Origin: the human T2T-CHM13v2.0 reference genome, Homo sapiens
Assembly (NCBI RefSeq): GCF_009914755.1
Contig: NC_060925.1
Length of the DNA stretch: 64,000 nucleotides
Reading direction: 5' to 3' (one strand)
The notes below the pieces were generated by a model. The model saw nothing but the letters and a program-made list of their open reading frames with translations, was not told the origin of the DNA and ran no database searches. A program made the translations under genes and the position numbers. Positions 52,509 through 62,685 of the stretch are shown here, in pieces; position 1 is the first letter of the stretch; every line of letters begins with the position of its first letter.

Positions 52509-54226
52509 CAACAATCCTAAGCAAAAAGAACAAGTCTGGAGGCATCACACTACCCAATTTCCAACTATACTACAGGGCTGCAGTAACCAAAACAGCATGA
52601 TGCTGGTACAAAAACAGACACATAGGCCAATAGAACAGAATAGAAAGCCCAGAAATAAAGCCACACACCTACAACCATCTGATATTTGACTTTCTCTCTT
52701 CCTATATGTCATCTCTGATTTATTTGAGCATTGAATTTTAAAATAGTTTTTTTCTAGTTAGATAAATAATGTTATTGGTAGTTTAATAAGAACTGCCCAA
52801 AGCAATGTAAGGAATGACTCTTACATTGCTTTGGGCAGTATAGCCATTTTAACAATACTGATTCTTCCCATCCATGAGCATAAAATATTTTTCCATTTGT
52901 TTGTATCATCTCTGATTTCTTTGAGCACTGTTTTAATTCTCATTGTAGAAAATTTTCACGTTCCTGTTTAGCTGTAATCAACTCAAAATGGATTAAAGAC
53001 TTGAATGTAAATCCTAAAATTGTAAAAACCCTGGAAAATAACCTAGGCAATATTATTCTGGACAAGGAACAGGCAAAGATTTCATGACAATGACACCAAA
53101 AACAATCACAACAAAAGCAAAAATTGACAAATCAGATCTAATTAAACTAAAAGCTTCTGCACAGTGGAAGAAACTATCAAAGAGTAAACAGACAACCTAC
53201 AGAATGAGAGAACTATGAGACTAGAGTTTTCTAGACATAGAATCACGTCATCTGCAAATAGGGATGGTTTGACTTCCTGCCCTTTTTATTTGGATGCTGT
53301 TTGTTTCTTTCTGTTGCCTTATTTGTTTTGTTCCTTCAATACAAAAACAATCAATTGGGAAAAGAAACCCTATTCAATAAATGTTGCTAGGATAACTGTC
53401 TAGTTATAAGCAGAAGATTGAAACTGGACCCTTTCCTTATACCATATACAAAAGTCAACTCAAGATGTATTAAAAATTCAAATGTAAAACCCAAAAGTAT
53501 AAAAACCTTGGAAGATAGCCTAGACAATACCATTCTGGTCATAGGAACTGGCAAAGATTTCATGACAGACACCAAAAGCAATCACGACAAAAGCAAAAAT
53601 TGACAGATGGGGTCTAATTAGTCTTTACAGCTTCTGCACAGCAAAAGAAACTAAAATAGAGTAAATAGACAACCTACAAAATGAGAAAAAATATTTGTAC
53701 ACTATGCATCTGACAAAGGTCTAACATCCAGCATCTATAAGGAATGTAACCAAATGTACAAGAGAAAAACAACCAGCCACTTTAAAAAGTAGGCAAAGGA
53801 CATGAACAGATATTTTTCAAAAGAAGGCACACATGTGGCCAAAAAACATGTGAATAAAAGCTAATATCACTGATCATTAGAGAAGTGCAAGCCAGAACCA
53901 CAGTGAGATACCATCTCACAACAGTCATAATTGCTATTATTAAAAAGTAAAAGAGTAACAGATGCTGGCAAAGTTGCAGATAAAAGTGAACTCTTAAATA
54001 CTGTTGGTGTGAGTATAAATTAGTTCAACCATTTTGAAAAGCAATATGGCAATTCCTCAAAGAGCAAAAATAGAACTACCATTCAACCCAGCTATCCCAT
54101 TTCTGAGTATATACTCAGAGGAATATAAATCATCCTACTATAAAGACATGTATGTGTGTGTTCATTGTACATGGAATGTGTTCATCCCATGAACACACAT
54201 TCCATTTCAGAGCAAAGACATGGAAT

Positions 54227-54930
54227 TGCGTCCGGAATTTATTCCTTCTAGTGGGTTGTTCGTCTCACTAACTTCAAGACTGAAGCTGCAGACCTTTGCA
54301 GTGAGTGTTACAGCTCTTAAAGGCGGCGCATCCAGAGTTGTTTGTTCCTCCAGGTGGGTTCGTGGTCTCGCTGACTTCAGGAATGAAGCTGCAGACTCTC
54401 GTGGTGAGTATTACAGCCCATGAAGGTAATGCGGACCCAAAGAGTAGCAAGATTTACTGTGAAGAGCGAAAGAACAAAGCTTCCACAGCGCGGAAGGGGA
54501 CCCAAGCAGGTTGCCACTGCTGGCACAGTGGCCAGCTTTTATTCCCTTATTTGGCCCCACCCACATCCTGCTAATTGGTCCATTTTACAGAGAGCTGACT
54601 GGTCCATTTTACAGAGTGATGATTGATCCATTTTACAGAGTGTTGATTGGTGTGTTTACAATCCTTTAGCTAGACACAGAGCACTGATTGGTGCTTTTTT
54701 ACAGAGCGCTGATTAGTGCATTTACAATCCTTTAGCTAGACACAGAGTGCTAAATGGTGCATTTTTACAGAGTGCTGATTGGTGCATTTACAATCGTTTA
54801 GCTAGACACAGAGCGCTGATTCGTGTGTTTTTACAGAGTGCGGATTGGTGCGTTTACAATCCTTTAGCTAGACAGAAAAGTTCTCCAAGTCCCCACTGGA
54901 CCCAGGAAGTCCAGCTGGCTTCACTTCTCA
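54227..54930 (-). mobile_element. LTR12F-type (ERV9) solo LTR, 704 bp
   Basis: Minus strand starts TGAGAAGTGAAGCCAGCTGGACTTCCTGGGTC and ends ...TCCGGACGCA. 4-bp TSD gaat (54223-26 and 54931-34). Confidence 0.95.
54525..54875 (-). promoter_or_regulatory. LTR12 U3 promoter: tandem CCAAT (NF-Y) repeats and AATAAA TATA-like box
   Basis: Repeated 'gattggtg' (CACCAATC on the minus strand) within 'tagctagacacagag...tttacagag' units. 'cttttattccc' near 54537-54545 reads GGGAATAAAAG on the minus strand. Confidence 0.65.
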
Positions 54931-55715
54931 GAATCAACATAAATGCCCATCAATATTAGATTGAGTAAAGAAAATGTGGTACATTGTGCACTATGAAATA
55001 TTTTGCAGCCATAACAAAGAATTAGGTCATGTCTTTTGTGGGAATATGAATGCAGCTGTAGGCCATTATCTTTAGCAAAATAGTGCAGGAACAGAATATC
55101 AAATACAGAATGTTCTCACTTATAAATGGGAGTTAAATGATGAGAACTCATGCACGCAAAGAGGGAAACAACAGACACTGGGGCGTAAAACTTGAGGGTG
55201 GAAGGTGAGAGGAAGGAGAGGAGCAGAAAAAAATTTGCAATCTGTTCAAGTAAATCTTTCTTACAATTTTATGTTGTGGATTGTTTTATTTTCATTTTTG
55301 CTAGAAATAATTAATACTTTATAGTACATGCAATTAAAGATCTGACTTAGGGTTAAAAATTACTGTAGAATGCCTACATTTATTTTCACCCAATAGTGAG
55401 GGTTTTGTCAGATTTTTTTATGCCTCTTATGGTCTACCGTTATTGCTATTTTACTAATAGGTAAGATCATTTTGATTAAAGTCAGTAATTTGACATCTAA
55501 ATTAAAACAAAGTGATTAAACTGACTTTATCTGGATTACTAGTAAAATGAATAAATCCCATGAAATATAGAGATAAATAGTTCCTAAATAAAATTCTTTA
55601 AATAATTAATTTGCACTGATATATTACTATTATCACACCTAAATATTTAATCTTTTATAAAGGTGTTATTTTTACATAGGCTATACAATTTTAAGTTAGT
55701 CAGCATGATTTCATA

Positions 55716-55970
55716 ATTCCCAAACTTCTTAAGAGAGATGCTTTTTAAAAAATCTTTATTGTCTCAATTCAAAATAACAAATCAAGTGCCCTCTCCGCGT
55801 TAGATATTATATTAAGTCTTAGGAATTCAGGGTGGTACCATCCACATCCTCAAAATTCCTAACTCTTATAGAAAAAAGTCTCACTCTCATGAAACAACAC
55901 AAAGGGATTCTGTGTTATTTTCTATGCTGCTAATTATATGTGAACTTCAAATATTTGTCAGGCAATACAG
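55716..55970 (+). repeat. Left arm of a ~255-bp inverted repeat (apparently unique sequence)
   Basis: Reverse complement of 57581-57834, roughly 90-93% identical by eye. Confidence 0.95.
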
Positions 55971-56066
55971 TTTTTAAAGTGAGGAACTTCAAATTGGAGG
56001 ACATACATAGCTGGGACAGAATCAACTGTTAGCATGGGACAGCAGGAATTGTGGGTGTTTTAGGGC

Positions 56067-57005
56067 TATATATATATATTATATATAATTTATATTATAT
56101 ATATAATTTATATTATATAATTTATATTATATATCTTACATAAATTATATATAATATAAATTATATAATATAAATTATATATATAATTTATATTATATAA
56201 TTTATATTATATATTACATAAATTATATACAATATAAATTATATACAATATAATTTATATATAAAATATAAATTATATAAATAATTTATATATAAAATAT
56301 AAATTATATAAATAATTTATATATAAAATATAAATTATGTATAAAATTTATATATAAAATATAAATTGTGTATAAAATTATATATAAAATATAAATTGTG
56401 TATAAAATTTACATATAAAATATAAATTATATATAATTTATATATTATAATATAAATTATATATAATATATATCATAAAATATAAATTATATATAATATA
56501 TATCATAAGATATAAAATATATAATATATATCGTAAGATATAAAATATATAATATATATCGTAAGATATAAAATATATAATTTATATCGTAAGATATAAA
56601 ATATATAATTTATATCGTAAGATATAAAATATATAATTTATATCGTAAGATATAAAATATATAATTTATATCGTAAGATATAAAATATATAATTTATATC
56701 GTAAGATATAAAATATATAATTTATATCGTAAGATATAAAATATATAATTTATATCGTAAGATATAAAATATATAATTTATATCGTAAGATATAAAATAT
56801 ATAATTTATATCGTAAGATATAAATTATTATAAATTATATATAATTTATATCATAAGATATAAATTATATATAATTTATATTATAAGATATAAATTATGT
56901 ATAATTTATATTATATATAGTATGTATTTTATATAATATATATTATATAATACATATTTGGTGAAATAACATATATAATATATATAATGAAATAACATTG
57001 GTGAA

Positions 57006-57036
<31 letters not shown>

Positions 57037-57047
57037 GTGAAATAACA
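56067..57047. repeat. AT-rich minisatellite with a 28-bp core GATATAAAATATATAATTTATATCGTAA
   Basis: CG dinucleotides at 56532, 56560, ... 56812 (11 copies, exact 28-bp spacing), flanked by related 28-30-bp AT units and a (TA)n tract. Confidence 0.95.
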
Positions 57048-57209
57048 ATTAGTCCTTTCAGGCTAATGACCAGCCCTAAAATTTACATTTGCCCTTGAAA
57101 GAATGGGTCCGCCTTAACTTCTGAGGGTGCCTACTGGTTTAACAAAATGCTACTGAGAAGAGTGAGAGTGTTGGAGATGACTTAATAAACAAAGTCTAAA
57201 ATAGCTAGT

Positions 57210-58530
57210 CACTTATTCAACAAAGGTGTGTGTGGGTGTGTGGGTTACGTTTTGAGCAGCTACGTTTGTTAGGTACTGTTCTTGACGGTGAAAAACAACA
57301 TTATGACAACAAAAACTAAACAAAAATATCTGCCCTTGTAAATCCATGCTCCAATGGGAAAAGAGAAAGTAAACAAATACATTAAAATTTGAAGCATAAT
57401 AAATAAAATGCATAGTAGGTTGTAGGGTACTAAATGAGGAAAATAAAGCAGGAAAGATAAATAAAGGTTGTTAGTATTGGTTGAAATGAAGGTATGTTGT
57501 TGCAATTTAAAATGGAATTAGACACAAATGACCTCAAAGAGTAAATAGCCTATGAGCAACGAGAAGGTGCTGAGGAATTCCTGTATCCTGACAAATATTT
57601 GAAGTTCACATATAATTAGTAGCATAGAAAATAACACAGAATCCCTTTGTGTTGTTTCATGAGAATGACTTTTTTTCTATAAGAGCCTGGAATTTTTTAG
57701 GATGTGGATGGTACCACTCTGAATTCCTAAGAATTAATATAACATCTAACACAGAGTGGGCACTTGATTTGTTATTTTGAAATGAGAGAATAAAGATTTT
57801 TTTAAAAAGCATCTCTCTTAAGAAGTTTGGGAATATCAGAGGTAACATAGGCAGAACAACTTCAAATACAAGGAACCTGAGGTGGAATCATGTCCACCGT
57901 GTTTATGGAACAAGGATGACAGTGCTAATAGAGAAGAGTAAATCAAAGGGAGCAACACAGAAAATTCAACCCAAAATGCACAAACAAAAACAAAAAGAAA
58001 CATAACGGAGCTGACTACTTTAGGGTAAGAGTTATAAGGAACTCAGTCTTTATTGTGAAAGATTACCTTGTTGAAATATTTGGGGCAGAGTAGTGTCGCA
58101 ATATGACTTAAATTTTATATGTATTACTGTGGCTGCCATCTGTAGAATAAACAGATGAAGGCAAGAATAGAAGTAGAAGTAGGAATATCTGTTAGAAGAT
58201 TATAGTAATTCAGAGAAAAGGTAATGAGTCTGGGTGAAGGTTGTAACATTGAACATTAGCGGTGGTGAGATGTAGTCAAATATTCATTGTATATAATTTC
58301 GGCAAAAGAATGTACTGAAGGAGTGCATGTGAATATTAGGAAATTACAACCGTTAAGAATGGCTGAGAGACCTTAGGCTTGAGATACTGGAAGGATGGAT
58401 GTGTCACTTACTGAGTTAGAGAAGTCTAAGAGAAACAGATTTGGCGGAGTGGTGGTGAGTATGTTAAATTCTGATACATAGGGTTTGAGATCCCTGTCAG
58501 ACTTCCAGGTGGAGATAGGAAATAAAATTT
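57210..58530 (-). mobile_element. L2 LINE 3' fragment, interrupted at 57581-57834
   Basis: 'ttattcaacaaa...gagcagctac...aggtactgttct', 'aaatacaaggaacctgaggtggaa', 'cacttactgagttagagaag', 'tttgagatccctgtcagacttccaggtggagat'. Confidence 0.75.
57581..57834 (-). repeat. Right arm of the ~255-bp inverted repeat, inserted in L2
   Basis: 'cctgacaaatatttgaagttcacatataattag...gcatctctcttaagaagtttgggaat' is the reverse complement of 55716-55970. Confidence 0.95.
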
Positions 58531-59181
58531 TCCATGGTAGTACTCTTGTGATACTATAATAATACATTTGAATTATGACATCTGAAACAATACATGGGAA
58601 ATCTATAGCATAATTAGTTTAAAAGTCAGAGTTTCAAAGCTTTTGGTGAGTACTAATTTTCCACAATTTTCTACTCACCCTAAACAAACTATAATTTTGC
58701 TATTTCATTGCTTATTGTTAACAGAGTACACTGAAATGATCACATCACTATTTCTTTTATCTGATAACCTAACTTTTAAACATAGAATTTTAATCAGAAA
58801 ATGTAAAAAAAAGGTAGCAGTAAATTATTTACTATTTTTCAAGAAAAGACAGTTTTCATCTACTGAATGCAATCATGCACAAATTGTAAAATAACAATTA
58901 ATTTTAATTATTAAAAAGTAACAAAATTACCACAGAATGTATTTACTTAATATATTTGAACAGGCTTATTGTAGCCTTTCTCTAAGAAAAAAAAAGATAC
59001 AGCTTTTTCAAAAAAATATGGATAACTAGAATTCTTTAATCAGTGATTTTGAATTCAACACTTGTCAAGATCCTGGAAAAGTAACAGAAATAAAGATGCC
59101 CTGGGCATTTTTAATAAAGATGCTCAGCTGAGACAACATCTTATATTGTGCCATCACCACTGAACGTTGTGAAAAACTTCC

Positions 59182-59594
59182 CATGTTAGTCTGGTCTTGC
59201 ATTTCTATAAGGAAATACCTGAGGCTGAGTAATTTACAAAGAAAAGAGGTTTGATTGGCTCCTGGTTCTGCAAGCTGTAAAGGAAGCATGGCACCAGCAT
59301 CTCTTTCTGGTAGGGGCCTTGAGAAGCTACAGTACTGGAAGAAGGCAAAGCAAGATCAGACACATCACATACCTAGAAAGGGAGCAGGAAAGAAAAGAGG
59401 GAGGTCCTAGACTCTTTTAAACAACCAGGTGAACTAACTGAGGGAGAATTCACTCATCACCAAGAGGACGGCGTTAAGCCATTCACGAGGGATCTGCCCC
59501 CATAAACCAATACCTCTTACGAGGCCCCATCTCCAACACTGGAGGTCACATTTTAACATAACATTTGGAGAGGACAACCATCCAAATGATGTCA
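59182..59594 (-). mobile_element. MSTB-like solo LTR (MaLR)
   Basis: 'ttgcatttctataaggaaatacctgaggctg...aagccattcacgagggatctgcccccat...catccaaatgatgtca'. Flanks are cttcc/ctccc. Confidence 0.88.
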
Positions 59595-60051
59595 CTCCCT
59601 GACTCATCCCTACAGCCACTCAATAACAGACAATTAGGGTAAAATAACTCAAGTTAACTGATGTCCTGTATAAAAAGTATAGAGAATGTCCATTTAGAAA
59701 GTTTCCTGCAATATCCAAGAAGTTCTAAAGCAGGATATATATATGGAGAAATCACATTATTTATGAAGAAATTCATCAAATTCTGTTGATGTTAGTACCT
59801 GTATCTCAACTAGTTATTATTTACATCAGCATATTGACCTGAATAAAAATCTTCCCTATAGTACTTTGTATATACTACAGATGTTACGTACATTAAATTA
59901 CATTATTTGTGTTACATTATGTTGTATTCTACTGTGTTATGTTATATGCTATATTATGTTATAGTCTTTACTATTATCATATTCTGTTTAGGGCTTAATC
60001 CTACCATTATCTAAATTATGAGCTTCTCATTGAATTTAGAAACAACTTTCT

Positions 60052-60387
<336 letters not shown>

Positions 60388-62424
60388 CTAGCATTTATAT
60401 TTATTTACTTACAATGTCTGTACCAATTATATAAGAAAATACTCAATTTGTTGTTAAATAAAAGTATGAATTAAACATACGTCTTATTATATAAAGTCAA
60501 TTTGGCATCTGTGCGGCTATTAAGCATGTTAGACTCTGATAAGTTCACATAGCCATCTAAACAAAGAGACTACATCTTCCATTTGAAAGGCATCTGATTT
60601 GAAGTTAATTCTGGAAACGGCGTTGTCAATTTTTTTTTTGATAATGTCAAATTCGTCCAAATCTAGCCTTGGCCAAGCCTTAATCTCAATTGCATATTAT
60701 GTATTTTATATACATCATTTTCAGTAATGCTGCATGTAATCAGTCTTTTGGGTCATTAAGTATAACTGCATGTTCCTATACCAATGTGTAATATGTTGCT
60801 AATGGAGCTTCTCTTAGAAGGCCAAATTGTCTCTTACTTTTCTCTACTTTGATACCTCAGTGTTCCACCTGTCTCTGAGCAATACTAAAAATACTTTTCT
60901 TATCTGGAACTCCAATCACTGAAACACAAAGCTACGCAGAAAATCTTTGACGTGTAAAAATTTGTGAATTACAGATTTTTTTTATAATTATAACTGAGGT
61001 TCTAGTACAAAAATAACTTCAGTCCAATATGTTCAATTAATGGTATATCTGATAAGTTTCATGTCTAGAAAGGTAGACTTGTTATACTTTAGAAAGTAAA
61101 GCAAAAGGAACTTGATCACATCATAGTAAATTGTCCAAATATTCAGAAAGAGGACTTTGAAAACCTAATGCTGATAAACTTATAATTGTACTGCTTTTAG
61201 CATGTTATTTTTCTGTGATAAAACATTAGAAGTGAACTACCTAGAGACACTTTACTTATCTTTTCCCAGTTTTTGTGAAAAACTATGCTGTGTCAAGTTT
61301 AGAAAGTGAGATTTTTGGTAAAATAGAAATTTAAAAGCATTTATATTCCTCTTTGAAACCATTAAAAGCAATGTCTACACTTGTAAAAAAACAAATTTAC
61401 CTTGTGTGGAGCAATGGTTGAAAATAACGTTAAATATACATACACTTGCACAAATCTTAAGGAGATAAACATGTTCGGAAAAGTTTTAAAATAATGTCTT
61501 CACTTTTTTGTTACAATTCTGTGAAAAGAAAATTATACATAGTTTTCAAATTTACTTCCTTTACAAAATTATATTACCTTTATATAAAAAAGATATGCTT
61601 AAGAAAGTCACTTTAAATTGAACTGTTTATAATTTTGTAATAGTAATGGTAAACGGATGCTTTACATGGGTTGTTATCCTAATTAACCCTAACTGGTAAT
61701 ATTCAAACAGATGATTTCTTAAGTGACATATTATGATTATGTACATTCACTGAAATAAATATGCCTAATACTATTCAGATACTTCTCTTTTTCCTTCAGG
61801 ATCATTTCTTTTAGCAATAATATTCCATATGCATGACATGTTAATGGTCTCTTTTCATGGAAATTGATGAAGTGTATGTTCAAAAAGGATAAGTGTATTA
61901 AAATCAAGCAGTTTTGAATTATTGTGTTTAAAAAGATTAATGAGCAATGAGCCTTACTCTTTTTACCAGGCTTGATATGAAAAGTCCTAAAATTTGAGTT
62001 TAGTTTATAAAAATATAGCTACTAGCATATACAAGGGGAATTATTATTGTAACAATGCATTTTGAAGTATGACTTTTCAAAAATAACGACAGAGGAAAGA
62101 AAGAGTGGCAGGTGCTTAGCACAACTGTCTGCCAAAATAATACTATTTTTATCAGCAGTGTAAATAAAATATTCAGTCAACATTTGCTTATTTTTTGACA
62201 TCTTGCCAACAGCATGTTAGAATGAGTTTCTTGTACTGAATAACTGAGATAGAATAGTTTGACACTGTGCTTAGGGAGTGAACAGGCTACCTCTGTTATG
62301 ATTCTTGCAGACTGCAAAAAGGGAGAGAAAATAACAGTTTGAAAGTAGTTTACTGTTTGATTTGTTTGTTTTATTGTATTATTTTATTTCAAATGTAATT
62401 TATTGTTTTATTGTTGTCTTTCAG

Positions 62425-62491
62425 ATCACCTGTAGACCCAAAACAACTTCAAATAGCCATTTCCTTCACTGCTGTGAGCAGATGTAGACAG
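62425..62491 (+). other. Candidate 67-nt internal exon of an unidentified (probably non-coding) transcript
   Basis: Long U-rich, AG-free tract ending 'ttgttgtctttcag|', and donor 'cag|gtatgt'. Lies in non-repetitive DNA. Confidence 0.4.
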
Positions 62492-62685
62492 GTATGTGTT
62501 CCCAAATGTTAGAATTCTTAAGAGGAAAACTAGCAGAGGAAGGGCATACTTGATAGACAGTGTAGACTGTGCCCTTGAATCAATGTCTTACTCCCTTTAT
62601 AAAAACATGTCTTTTAAAAAAAAGTGGGGCGGGGGAGAATTTTTCGCACACATTCAAAATGTACAGTCAAATGTTACCAAACCTA

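Larger units (their letters stand above)
52505..55233 (+). mobile_element. L1PREC2/L1PA15-like 3' part, internally scrambled (52691-53340), split by LTR12, 3' end missing
   Basis: Sense ORF2 at 52505-52690 and 53340-54226. 3'UTR at 54931-55233 ('acaacagacactgggg...gagaggagcagaaaa'). Confidence 0.88.

Noticed and set aside
54575-54875. Novel tandem repeat
   Set aside because: It is the standard U3 repeat array of LTR12.
56500-56830. 28-bp periodic array as a CRISPR array
   Set aside because: Units are head-to-tail with no unique spacers, there are no cas genes, and the context is primate DNA.
55716-57834. Novel DNA transposon or foldback element with 255-bp TIRs
   Set aside because: No TSD around the unit, and the right arm sits inside an L2 that continues both inside and outside the supposed element.
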